A program made the position numbers and the translations under genes. Shown here piece by piece: positions 51,637 to 61,008 of a stretch of 64,000 nucleotides of DNA. Source of the stretch: Roseibium sp. (GTDB taxonomy: Bacteria > Pseudomonadota > Alphaproteobacteria > Rhizobiales > Stappiaceae). The notes beneath the pieces were generated by a model. The model saw only the letters and a program-made list of their open reading frames with translations. It had not been told where the DNA came from and searched no databases. The stretch covers positions 956,110-1,020,109 of the forward strand of contig NZ_CP134616.1 of NCBI RefSeq assembly GCF_051016195.1, written 5' to 3'. Position 1 is the stretch's first letter; every line of letters begins with the position of its first letter.

Positions 51637-51891
51637 GAATTCCTCAACTAACTTGACAGCAAACAACAACCCGATCAACCTAAGGTAATAGCATTCATGT
51701 CTGCAATCAAGCCTGAGAAGCAGCCTGCGTGCCGAATATTATGTCCGCGCCATCAGTATGATGTCCGCTAACTGCAGACTTACCAACTAGGTATCAGCAA
51801 TAGTTGACCCCGTACCATGCATTCACTGAAAAAAATCAACAAAACGCGAGCGAGAGACTTTGCTTCGGTTCCCATTACTAGAGAGGCAGAA

Positions 51892-52848
51892 ATGCCTAAC
51901 TTGGACGTGAAATATATTTTGTTGGCTTCATTAGCCTTCCTCGCCAACATCACGTCATCTCGTCCGATGTCATTCGAAACTGTTCCCTATTCGGGCAATT
52001 CCGGTACCACCGTTGTACGCGCCGAAGGCACAATCGAACCGGGAGACACCGAACGCTTCTTGGATCTTCTAAAGACTAATCCGCCGTCAGCTCTAATACT
52101 GGTCGTCACGAGCCCTGGCGGAAGTGTCGGAGCTGCGCTTTCTCTCGCCGACGCGATCGAAGCTCGAGAGTTCTCTATCATTGGAGACGACGAATGCGCA
52201 TCGGCTTGCGCTCAGATCTTGTTTCCAGCCGGCTTCTATTCCGTCCTGACACCGGGATCCGTTCTCGGAATACATTCTTGTTCGGACACCTCTGGCCGCA
52301 ACGACGTCTGCAACGAGGAGATCGCCCAGGCCGCAGTCAAACGAGGTTTCCCTTATGGCACCCTTGACATGTTCACGGGTTCTTACGGCCCCGACGAAAT
52401 GAAATGGATAACGGAGATTTCGGCTCGTTGTTTCGGCTTCTACCATCACCCTGATGACCCGCACCCAATCGCCGGGCGCAAAGCATGTGTCGACGGCTTT
52501 TTCTTCGCATCGCTATCAGGGAATTCGACAACCGATCTCGGTCCGAGCTTCGACTGCTCGAAAGCGACAACGAAAGTCGAGGGGCTTATTTGCGATGACA
52601 AGGAACTGATGCTTCTAGACAGCATTCTCGGACGTGTTTACCGAACCCGGCGTCAGATGTTAGATTCGTCGTCGCAAAAGCAGCTGGTCCGCGATCAAAG
52701 GAAGTGGATTGATGCTCGGAATGAAAACTGCTCTCCTCTGATCCCCTCGACACCGGACTTTCGGTCAACCCGAGAGGGCGCATTGTGTCTCTTCAAGCAC
52801 ATCGAGACTCGAGTGTATGAGTTGATCGACGACGAGATGCTGAACTGA
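51892..52848 (+). CDS. Exported protein with a Clp/crotonase-like N-domain and a C-terminal LprI (lysozyme inhibitor-like) domain
   Basis: SPGGSV.AAL, CASAC, LGIH; PSFDCSKA...E.LIC.D.EL..LD...Q..WI..RN..C. Confidence 0.7.
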   Translation: MPNLDVKYILLASLAFLANITSSRPMSFETVPYSGNSGTTVVRAEGTIEPGDTERFLDLLKTNPPSALILVVTSPGGSVGAALSLADAIEAREFSIIGDDECASACAQILFPAGFYSVLTPGSVLGIHSCSDTSGRNDVCNEEIAQAAVKRGFPYGTLDMFTGSYGPDEMKWITEISARCFGFYHHPDDPHPIAGRKACVDGFFFASLSGNSTTDLGPSFDCSKATTKVEGLICDDKELMLLDSILGRVYRTRRQMLDSSSQKQLVRDQRKWIDARNENCSPLIPSTPDFRSTREGALCLFKHIETRVYELIDDEMLN

Positions 52849-52993
52849 GGCACATGCTAGTAATTCGGATGCACTTGATTGAAAGTCGTGACTCAGTCGG
52901 AAATTTTCTAAAGACGAGATCGCAATTTGCATGGCAGGTAGTGCCAAGCATACGTTCACTGACCTCATAGGACTATACGTGTCGGGGCACACG

Positions 52994-53019
52994 AAAACCG
53001 GAGCGCTCGCGCTCCGGTT
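52994..53019 (-). terminator. Intrinsic terminator after the creatinase gene
   Basis: AACCGGAGCGC / GCGCTCCGGTT stem; short U-run on the minus strand. Confidence 0.6.
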
Positions 53020-53052
53020 CTCACCTCGCCAATGGGCTGACGTCCTCCCGCC

Positions 53053-54282
53053 TCAGCGCGCCGGAAAGATGTTGTGCTCGGGGCCGAAGGGGAAGCCGGT
53101 GATGTTGTCCGCGCTGTCTTCGCCGACAATCAGGATGTCGTGTTCCCGGTAGCCGCCGGCGCCCGGAAGGCCTTCCGGGATCATGATCATCGGTTCCATC
53201 GAAACCACCATGCCAGGCTCCAGCACCGTTTCGACGTCCTCGCGCAGTTCCACCGAGGCTTCGCGGCCATAGTAGTGACTGAGAACGCCGAAGGAGTGGC
53301 CGTAGCCGAAACTGCGGTATTTCAGGAGATCATGGCTGCGGTAGATGTCGTTGAGCGTGGCGGCAATGTCACAGCAGCGCGCGCCCGGCCGGATCAGCTT
53401 CAGGCCTTCCCGGTGGACATGGCAGTTGATCTCCCAGAGCCGCAGGTGTTCGTCGGAAGCGTGTTCGCAAAAGAGCGTCCGCTCCAGCGCGGTGTAGTAG
53501 CCGAAGATCATCGGGAAGCAGTTGAGGCTGAGGATGTCTCCGGCCTCCACCACCTTGTTGGTGACCGGGTTGTGAGCGCCGTCCGTATTGATGCCGGACT
53601 GGAACCATGTCCAGGTGTCCATGAGTTCGACGAAGGGAAACGACTTGCCGATTTCCCGGATCATGGCGTTGGTCGACGCAATCGCGACCTCGTGCTCGGT
53701 GACCCCCGCCTGAACGGCTTCGGCAACGGCAGCGCCGCCGATGTCGCAGATGCGCGCGCCTTCGCGGATCAGGGCGTGTTCTTCCGCGCTCTTGATCGCG
53801 CGCTGGGTCATGGCATCGGCGGCAACATCCACGAAGTCCACGCCCGGAAATGCGGCTTCCAGCATTTTCAGGAGATCGAGCGAAACATGATCGAACTCGA
53901 TGCCAATACGCAGCACGGAGGCGTTCGGCCAGCCAATCAGCGACTGGACAGCGTGAAAGAAGTTGTCGCGGCGCCAGTCAGTATAGATCAGTGTGTCGCC
54001 GTGGGTCCGGCGCCAGGGCTGGCCGCCGTCAATACCGGCGGCAACTGTGGTTGCCTTGTCCTGCGTGACGACGAGACCGTAGTTGCGGCCGAAACGGCAA
54101 TAGAGGAAGCCGGAGTAGTAACAGATGTTGTGATAGGAGGTCATGAGGACGGCGTCGATCCTGTGATCCGCCATCAGCAGGCGCAGATTGTCTTGACGCC
54201 GGTCCATCTCCACTGCCGAGAAAGGCGAAAAGCTCTTCTCGCCATTGTTCATTTCGTAAATGCGGATCATGTCGTCGCTCAT
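53053..54282 (-). CDS. Creatinase (creatine amidinohydrolase, M24-like fold)
   Basis: NGEKS..PFS..EM.RR, GGQPWRR, WTWFQSGINTDGAHN, FGYGHSFG, ELRED, SMEPM, GYREHDIL. Confidence 0.88.
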   Translation of the reverse strand: MSDDMIRIYEMNNGEKSFSPFSAVEMDRRQDNLRLLMADHRIDAVLMTSYHNICYYSGFLYCRFGRNYGLVVTQDKATTVAAGIDGGQPWRRTHGDTLIYTDWRRDNFFHAVQSLIGWPNASVLRIGIEFDHVSLDLLKMLEAAFPGVDFVDVAADAMTQRAIKSAEEHALIREGARICDIGGAAVAEAVQAGVTEHEVAIASTNAMIREIGKSFPFVELMDTWTWFQSGINTDGAHNPVTNKVVEAGDILSLNCFPMIFGYYTALERTLFCEHASDEHLRLWEINCHVHREGLKLIRPGARCCDIAATLNDIYRSHDLLKYRSFGYGHSFGVLSHYYGREASVELREDVETVLEPGMVVSMEPMIMIPEGLPGAGGYREHDILIVGEDSADNITGFPFGPEHNIFPAR

Positions 54283-54346
54283 GGAAGATCTCCTTTCCCG
54301 AAGTGAGCAGGCTGCGTGTTCTGCTCATTTCCGGGGCCTGAAACGC

Positions 54347-54381
54347 AAAACGGGCCGGCTTCCTGAAAAGAAGCCGGCCCG
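54347..54381 (-). terminator. Intrinsic terminator between the ABC operon and creatinase
   Basis: CGGGCCGGCTTC-7 nt-GAAGCCGGCCCG perfect 12-bp stem, followed by TTTT on the minus strand. Confidence 0.65.
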
Positions 54382-54482
54382 CCAGGCCCAAATCCAAATT
54401 GTCTTGCAACCGGGAGACTTTCGTCTCCGCCCGGTGGCTGGCGTTCCGCCACCGGCACATATGGTGAGCTGCGGGGATTTGT

Positions 54483-55337
54483 TTAGCCCGGTGTCAAACC
54501 TCTAAGCCTTTCCGAACGCCGGCGCAACAGTTCGAGCACCGTGAGCAGCGCGATCGAGATCGCCACCATGAGCGAGGCGACCGCAAGGATGGTCGGCGAG
54601 ATCTGTTCGCGCAGGCCGGTGAACATCTGCCATGGCAGCGTCTTCTGACCGGCGGAGCCGAGGAACAGGACCACGACCACCTCGTCGAACGAAGTGATGA
54701 AGGCGAACAGCGCACCGGAGACGACGCCCGGGACAATCAGCGGCATCTGCACCTTGAAGAAAGTGGTGACCGGATTGGCCCCGAGGCTCGCCGAAGCGCG
54801 CACGAGGGAGCGGTCGAAGCCGACAAGGGTCGCCGTCACCGTGATGATCACGAAGGGTGTGCCGAGCGCTGCATGGGCCAGAACCACTCCCCAGTAAGTG
54901 CCCTGCAGGCCGATCCGGGAATAGAAGAAATACATGCCCGCTGCCGAGATGATCAGCGGCACGATCATCGGCGAGATCAGGATCGCCATGATTGCAGGCT
55001 TGTAGGGCACATGCGACTGGGACAGGCCAACCGCGGCAATCGTTCCGAAAGCCGTTGCCAGAAGCGTTGCAACCGGCGCGATCAGCACCGAGTTGACGAG
55101 CGCCTGCTGCCAGTCCGGGTTGGTGAAGAAGTCGTTGTAGTGCTTGAACGAATATCCCGCCGGGTCGAAGGACAGCATTTCCTTGGTGAAGGTGAAGAAG
55201 TCCTGGGCGTTGAAGCTCAGCGGCAGGATCACCAGAATCGGGAAAATCAGGAAGAAGAAGATCAGCCCGCAAATGACCCGGAACGTATAGAACCACGTTC
55301 TCTGCAAGGGGGACGCATAGGGTGGTAGTGCGCTCAT
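54483..55337 (-). CDS. Polyamine-type ABC transporter permease (PotC-like)
   Basis: ISPMIVPLII, AHAALGTPFV, RASASLGA, TSFDEVV. Confidence 0.92.
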   Translation of the reverse strand: MSALPPYASPLQRTWFYTFRVICGLIFFFLIFPILVILPLSFNAQDFFTFTKEMLSFDPAGYSFKHYNDFFTNPDWQQALVNSVLIAPVATLLATAFGTIAAVGLSQSHVPYKPAIMAILISPMIVPLIISAAGMYFFYSRIGLQGTYWGVVLAHAALGTPFVIITVTATLVGFDRSLVRASASLGANPVTTFFKVQMPLIVPGVVSGALFAFITSFDEVVVVLFLGSAGQKTLPWQMFTGLREQISPTILAVASLMVAISIALLTVLELLRRRSERLRGLTPG

Positions 55338-55346
55338 GTCGTCCTC

Positions 55347-56612
55347 CTATCCGAGCTTCACGTTGTCGATGCCGACGATCTTGTCGTAGACAACGAAGAG
55401 GATCAGCACCGCGACCAGGAGCAGGGTTCCGAGCGAAGCTGCCAGGCCCCAGTTGAGGGATGACGAAATGTGATAGGCGATCCGGTTGGAAATGAAGATG
55501 CCCGACGTGCCGCCGACCAGTTCCGGCGTTATGTAGTAGCCGATCGACAGGATGAAGACGAGAATGGCGCCGGCGCCGATGCCCGGGACGGATTGCGGGA
55601 AATAGACCCGCCAGAAGGCAGTCCAGTCATTCGCGCCGAGGCTCTTGGCCGCGCGGACGTAGCTGGGCGAGATCGTCTTCATCACCGAATAGAGCGGCAG
55701 GATCATGAAGGGCAGCAGGATGTGCGTCATGGCGATGATCGTGCCCGTCTGGTTGTTGATCATCACGAGACGGTTCGCATCGTCGATCAGCCGGGTCCAG
55801 ACCAGAAAATCATTGATGACGCCCTGTTGCTGCAGCAGCACCTTCCAGGCCGATGTCCGCACGAGCAGACTGGTCCAGAACGGCAGCAGAACGAGGATCA
55901 TCAGAAGGTTGGACGTTCGCAGCGGCAAAGACGCGAGCAAAAAGGCGATCGGATATCCCAGCAGCAGGCAAGAAAGGGTAATCACGATCGACAGGAACAG
56001 CGTCCGCCCGAACAGGAACATGTAGATCTGCTGGTCTTCCGGCTTCATCTCGATGCCATCCGGACCGCGCTTGGCATCAAAGGCGTTCAGGAAATAGCCG
56101 TCGGTATAGCGCGGCGAAAACTGCTGCAGGACCTGCCAGGTCGCGACATCGTCCCACTTCTTGTCCGCGCCGATGAACTGGTCCTTGAACGGACCATCCT
56201 CGTCCATGCGTTTGATGCGGCGGCCGGTTTTTCGGAACAGGCTGGAAATACCGCTCTGCTCGTAGTTCAAACGGGAGCCGAGACGGGTGTGTGTCTTCTG
56301 GTCCACGGCAACGACCATGTCGTCATAAAGCGCGGCGAAGACCACTTCGTCCGGTGATTCCCCGGAGGCCGGGTCCCACTTGCTGAGTTCGATAACCGTA
56401 TTCGGAAGCGTGTCCGCGACGATGCCGTTTTCGACAGAGCGGAACAGCATATCGACAATCGGTGCGACAAACGTGATCAGCACGAAAATCAGCAAGGGTG
56501 CGATCAGCAGGAAGGCGCGCAGCTTTTCGCGGCGAAGGGCGCGCCTGAGCGCGGCTTTCAGCGGCTTTCCGTCCTGTGTCGTCAGAACCTGACCGTCGGT
56601 GGTATCGCTCAT
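55347..56612 (-). CDS. Polyamine-type ABC transporter permease (PotB-like, with a periplasmic insert)
   Basis: LPFWTSLLVRT.AW, THILLPFMILPLYS, AAKSLGA. Confidence 0.92.
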   Translation of the reverse strand: MSDTTDGQVLTTQDGKPLKAALRRALRREKLRAFLLIAPLLIFVLITFVAPIVDMLFRSVENGIVADTLPNTVIELSKWDPASGESPDEVVFAALYDDMVVAVDQKTHTRLGSRLNYEQSGISSLFRKTGRRIKRMDEDGPFKDQFIGADKKWDDVATWQVLQQFSPRYTDGYFLNAFDAKRGPDGIEMKPEDQQIYMFLFGRTLFLSIVITLSCLLLGYPIAFLLASLPLRTSNLLMILVLLPFWTSLLVRTSAWKVLLQQQGVINDFLVWTRLIDDANRLVMINNQTGTIIAMTHILLPFMILPLYSVMKTISPSYVRAAKSLGANDWTAFWRVYFPQSVPGIGAGAILVFILSIGYYITPELVGGTSGIFISNRIAYHISSSLNWGLAASLGTLLLVAVLILFVVYDKIVGIDNVKLG

Positions 56613-56681
56613 GAAACAGTCTTCCGGTATCAGAAAAATCAGCCCGGGCGGAAGGTTCCGCCCGGGCCGGGGCCTATTGGC

Positions 56682-57782
56682 TTACTGTGCGAGCCAAGCC
56701 TGGAACTTGGCGTCGATGTCGTCGCGGTAATCAGCCCACCACTCGTAGTTATAGAGGAAGGTGTTCTTCGCGTTGTTCGGGTCGGTCGGCATGTGCGGAG
56801 CCATGTCGATACCGAGCGAAGCGTGCTGACCGACGAGCGGTGCAGAGGATTTACGGGCCGGGCCGTAGGAGATGAACTTCGCCTGGTCGGCCAGACGTTG
56901 CGTGTCGGTCGCGTACTTGACGAGTTTCTTCACCTCGGCAAGACGATCTTCCGGCAGACCGGTCGGGATGATCCAACCGTCAAGGTCGAACACCTGCGCG
57001 TCCCACAGCATCTTGACCGGCTGCTTCTGCTCTTCGATCAGGGCAAACAGGCGGCCATTGTATGTGGAGCCGATCACGACTTCCTTGTCGGCGAGAAGCT
57101 GAGGTGTTTCAGCACCGGCAGACCACCAGACAACGTTGTCCTTGATGGTGTCGAGCTTCGCGAACGCTCGGCTCTGGCCTTCTTCGGTCTCCAGCACGTT
57201 GTAGACTTCTTCCTTCGGAACGCCGTCACACAGCAGAGCCCATTCCATGTTGTTGATCGGGCGCTTTTCCAGGGACCGCTTGCCCGGGAACGTTTCCAGA
57301 TCGAACACGTCGCAGATTTCGGTCGGCTCCTTGCCGCCCCACTCGTCAATATCGGACCGGTAGCCGAACGTGGTGGAATAGACGATCTGCGGGATGAAGC
57401 ACTCGGAGACCAGCAGGTCGCCGAAATCTTCAGATGCAGAGGTTCCGTCAGGTGCGGCTGCAAGATCGACGTCCGGGTCGATTTCCATCGCCAGGCCTTC
57501 GTCGCAGAGGCGGATTGCGTCAGAGGCAACCACATCCACGAGATCCCAGGTGACGTTGCCGGCTTCGTTCATGGCGCGCAGCTTGGCAACGGCCTCGGCA
57601 GAGGATTCGTCCCAGATCACGGTGATGTCGGGATTTTCCGCCGTGTAAGGATCCGTGTAGGCGTTCTTCTGGGACGCCTGGTAAGCGCCACCCCAGGAAA
57701 CGAGCGTGAGATCCGTGGCAAGCGCCGAGCTACCGGCAAATGCCAGGGCAGTTCCCGCGAGAATTAAAGTCTTGAGCTTCAT
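56682..57782 (-). CDS. Polyamine-type ABC transporter substrate-binding protein
   Basis: Signal peptide; VSWGGAYQASQ, WDLVDV, DVFDLETFPGKR, NGR. Confidence 0.92.
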   Translation of the reverse strand: MKLKTLILAGTALAFAGSSALATDLTLVSWGGAYQASQKNAYTDPYTAENPDITVIWDESSAEAVAKLRAMNEAGNVTWDLVDVVASDAIRLCDEGLAMEIDPDVDLAAAPDGTSASEDFGDLLVSECFIPQIVYSTTFGYRSDIDEWGGKEPTEICDVFDLETFPGKRSLEKRPINNMEWALLCDGVPKEEVYNVLETEEGQSRAFAKLDTIKDNVVWWSAGAETPQLLADKEVVIGSTYNGRLFALIEEQKQPVKMLWDAQVFDLDGWIIPTGLPEDRLAEVKKLVKYATDTQRLADQAKFISYGPARKSSAPLVGQHASLGIDMAPHMPTDPNNAKNTFLYNYEWWADYRDDIDAKFQAWLAQ

Positions 57783-57862
57783 TTGAGCTAGCTCCCTCTT
57801 TTAGGATTGAACGGATTTTTCCGTCGTTGTCGCGGGCGGACTGCAGCATCCGCCACGCGAAT

Positions 57863-58957
57863 TTAGGCAACCGCGTCGAGCGCCTTGCAGTCGTTGAGTG
57901 CCCATCCAACCTGGACGGTTTCACCGACATGCAGCTTGCGCCGCTCTCCCCGGTTGCGAACTTTGACGATGAACTCGTCATTGCCAGCCACGTTCATGCG
58001 AACGCGGATATGGTCTCCCAAATAGATCAGTTCCTCGATCCGGCCATCGACAAGATTGTCCATGGAGTCGTTCGTGTCGAATTCGACACGTTCCGGGCGA
58101 AGCGACAGTGTCGTCCTGTCGCCCACCGCGGACACGTTGACCTTGTCCGCTTTCAGCTGGGTACCGTCGTCCAGTTCGACGAGGCATTCCTCACCGTCAA
58201 TGCCGACGACCTTGCCGCTCAGCTTGTTGTTCTCGCCGATGAACTGCGCCACAAACGAATTCTGCGGATCTTCGTAAAGGTCGTCCGGGGTCGACAACTG
58301 CTGGATGACGCCGTCATTGAAAACCGCAACACGGTCGGACATCGTCAGCGCTTCCGTCTGGTCGTGCGTAACATAGACGACGGTTACGCCCAGATTCTCG
58401 TGGATATGCTTGATTTCATACTGCATCTGCTCGCGCAGCTGTTTGTCGAGAGCGCCGAGCGGCTCGTCCATCAGGACAAGCTCGGGATCGAACACGAGGG
58501 CGCGGGCAACGGCGACGCGCTGCTGCTGGCCACCGGACAGTTGCGCCGGGCGGCGGTTGCCGAACGCTCCAAGCTCGACCATGTCGAGCGCGCGCTGCAC
58601 CTTCTGTTCCTGCTCGGCCTTCGGGACATTCCTGACCTGGAGCGGAAACGCGAGGTTTTCAGACACCGACATGTGCGGGAACAGGGCATAGTTCTGAAAC
58701 ACCATGCCGATGCCCCGCTTGTGCGGCGGGACGTTGTTGATCGGCCGGTCATTCAGATAGATTTCACCGTGTGTGGCAGGTTCGAAACCGGCCAGCATCA
58801 TCAGACAGGTTGTCTTGCCGGAACCGGAAGGCCCGAGCATTGTCAGAAACTCGCCGGGCGGAATATCGAGATTGAGGTTTTTTACGACCAGGGATTCCCC
58901 GTCATAGCTCTTCTGAACGCTGTCATACTTAACAGCAGCGCCCCTTGCATTCGCCAT
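57863..58957 (-). CDS. Polyamine-type ABC transporter ATPase (PotA-like, TOBE domain)
   Basis: GPSGSGKTT, LSGGQQQR, LMDEPLGALD, YVTHDQ. Confidence 0.94.
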   Translation of the reverse strand: MANARGAAVKYDSVQKSYDGESLVVKNLNLDIPPGEFLTMLGPSGSGKTTCLMMLAGFEPATHGEIYLNDRPINNVPPHKRGIGMVFQNYALFPHMSVSENLAFPLQVRNVPKAEQEQKVQRALDMVELGAFGNRRPAQLSGGQQQRVAVARALVFDPELVLMDEPLGALDKQLREQMQYEIKHIHENLGVTVVYVTHDQTEALTMSDRVAVFNDGVIQQLSTPDDLYEDPQNSFVAQFIGENNKLSGKVVGIDGEECLVELDDGTQLKADKVNVSAVGDRTTLSLRPERVEFDTNDSMDNLVDGRIEELIYLGDHIRVRMNVAGNDEFIVKVRNRGERRKLHVGETVQVGWALNDCKALDAVA

Positions 58958-59450
58958 ATTGTCCCCAAATCCGGTTCTATCATTATTATGGATCGCCGAG
59001 TGAAATCTTGCGGTAACGATCGTTACTGTTCAGGAATTCACCAAACCATCGGCGCTAGAAAAACAAAAAAGAAGCTTCTTTGAAAGGGGCTTGTGAAAAA
59101 AAATGGATATTTTTTATTCATGATCCGACTGAATATTTTGCAGCACGGAAGAATGCGGGAAAATCCACCCGAAACAACGGGTTCGGCGGAAAGAAAATCT
59201 TCTTTCCGGTCTGTTGCAACGCGTTGCGACAGCTTGCAGTCTTTCTGCCGCCACCGGACTATCGTCTTTATCTTCCGGCTGCGAAACCCTACAAACGTCG
59301 CAGAATGCCGCCGATACGACCCACCGCCCTGACCTGCGGCCTGGACGAAGCGGGCCATCCCGTTGCAAAAGCCCGACTTTTCCATCATTCGGATCTCTTG
59401 AACGTACCAGCACCTCTCGTTTACGCTCCTTGAAAAATGCAGGAACTGCC

Positions 59451-60329
59451 GTGTCCGAAATTGAAAAAAACGCTCCGCTTTTCCTGACCACGAAAGAGGT
59501 TGCTGATCTCCTGAGGGTGAAGGAGCGCAAGGTTTACGACCTGGCCGCCGCCAATGAGATTCCACACCGCCGGATTACAGGGAAACTTCTTTTCCCCGCA
59601 CAGGCGCTGCGCAACTGGATTGACGGCGATGACAATATGGACGCCCGGGACCGGCCCAACGTCCTGGCAGGGTCCCATGATCCGCTTCTGGACTGGGCCA
59701 TCCGGGCCTCCGGATGCGGTCTCGCCACGCTCTGCAACGGCAGCCGGGACGGCCTGGCACAGTTCAACGCCGGCAGCGCACTTGCCGCCGGTCTGCACCT
59801 TCCGGGCGAAGACGGCTGGAACGTTTCCGCCGTGTCCGGCAGCGGCAGCAGGAACTGTGTTCTGATAAGCTGGGCGGTGCGAAAACGCGGGCTGCTTTTG
59901 TCGAATGATGTTGCACGGAGCGTGCGAACAACGTCGGACCTGAAGGGCCGGCGCGTCGCGCAACGCCAGCCCGGCGCCGGGGCCGCCCTGATCTTCGAAA
60001 AGCTGCTGAAGGACGCAAGTCTTTCCGAAAGCGACCTGGTATTGTGCAAGGACAGGGCCCACACGGAAAGCGACGCGGCAGCAGCGGTCGCATCCGGAGA
60101 GGCCGACGCATCGCTCGGTATCGAGGCAATGGCCAGACGCTTCAAGCTCTCGTTCCTGCCGCTCACCGACGAGCAGTTCGATCTCCTGATCGACCGTAGG
60201 TCCTATTTCACCGAGCCGGTGCAGACGCTGCTCACCTACGCCCGGACGCCAGAATTTCTTGAAAAAGCCGAGGCGCTCGGCGGTTACGACCTGACAGACT
60301 TCGGGTCGGTTCGCTGGCTGTCCGACTGA
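59451..60329 (+). CDS. Excisionase-like HTH (HTH_17) fused to a periplasmic-binding-protein-like domain; putative oxyanion-sensing regulator
   Basis: GTG start; FLTTKEVADLLRVKERKVYDL; GSHDPLLDW, RQPGAGA, E.FDLL. Confidence 0.8.
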   Translation: MSEIEKNAPLFLTTKEVADLLRVKERKVYDLAAANEIPHRRITGKLLFPAQALRNWIDGDDNMDARDRPNVLAGSHDPLLDWAIRASGCGLATLCNGSRDGLAQFNAGSALAAGLHLPGEDGWNVSAVSGSGSRNCVLISWAVRKRGLLLSNDVARSVRTTSDLKGRRVAQRQPGAGAALIFEKLLKDASLSESDLVLCKDRAHTESDAAAAVASGEADASLGIEAMARRFKLSFLPLTDEQFDLLIDRRSYFTEPVQTLLTYARTPEFLEKAEALGGYDLTDFGSVRWLSD

Positions 60330-60352
60330 CCTCCCGACCAAGGAACCTATCC

Positions 60353-60817
60353 ATGAGCGACATTCGCCCCCACGAAATCATGGTGCCAACATCCGAGCCG
60401 GATGATGCGCAGCTCCATTTCATCGGGCGCATCCGCACGCCCTGGACCGACAGGAAGGATTGCCCGCGCCAGGGCAAACAGGATGGACCGGAATGCCGGA
60501 TCGAAGTGTTCGAACCCTGGGTGCCGGCGCTGAAGGGGATCGAGGAGTACGACCAGATCGAAGTGCTCTACTGGCTCGACAGGTCCCGGAGAGATCTGGT
60601 GGTGCAAAACCCCGGACACAGCGACAAGACCTTCGGCACGTTTGCGCTGCGCTCTCCCGTCCGACCGAACCCGATCGGAACGGTTGGTGCAAAACTGATC
60701 AGCGTTGACGGACCGGTTCTGATCGTTCGCGGGCTCGACTGCCTCGATGGAACCCCGCTGATCGACCTGAAACCCGACCGCTGCGCCTTCTCGCCAAAGG
60801 CCGCTCCGAAAAACTAG
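60353..60817 (+). CDS. TsaA/TrmO (VirR-like) SAM-binding family protein, short form
   Basis: IG.IRTPW, VLYWLD, GTFALRSPVRPNPIG, GLDCLDGTPLIDLKP. Confidence 0.88.
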   Translation: MSDIRPHEIMVPTSEPDDAQLHFIGRIRTPWTDRKDCPRQGKQDGPECRIEVFEPWVPALKGIEEYDQIEVLYWLDRSRRDLVVQNPGHSDKTFGTFALRSPVRPNPIGTVGAKLISVDGPVLIVRGLDCLDGTPLIDLKPDRCAFSPKAAPKN

Positions 60818-60887
60818 TGCGGTGAATTTGAAGTTCGCATTATAGTTTCAGCAGACTCCGGAGCGAACTTCAAATTCACCGCGCTAG
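60814..60887. repeat. CTAG-bounded palindromic repeat (MITE/REP-like), copy B
   Basis: CTAGTGCGGTGAATTTGAAGTTCGC - 24 nt - GCGAACTTCAAATTCACCGCGCTAG; the left CTAG supplies the TAG stop of the tsaA-like gene. Confidence 0.85.
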
Positions 60888-61008
60888 GGTCAGGACCCAT
60901 TCCATTCCGGCACCTTCCCATTCTGTTTCGTCGGCTTGACAAGCCCCTCCCGGAATTGAACATTCCAGCGCAGTTCCGCTCGCCCCGGGCGGCTTTCCGG
61001 AGGAACCC

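Noticed and set aside
36926-53000. An intact prophage or integrative element at tRNA-Arg
   Set aside because: No integrase, phage structural or conjugation genes, and no second att core seen by eye
53053-54282. DMSP lyase DddP or metallo-aminopeptidase call
   Set aside because: The sequence carries creatinase-specific motifs (NGEK, WFQSGINTDGAHN, GYGHSFG)
56643-56666. Perfect hairpin CCCGGGCGGAA/TTCCGCCCGGG after the ABC SBP gene
   Set aside because: Ordinary intra-operon stabilising hairpin
59451-59620. Excisionase-like HTH as evidence of a mobile element
   Set aside because: It is fused to a PBP-like domain, a known regulator architecture, and no integrase is nearby
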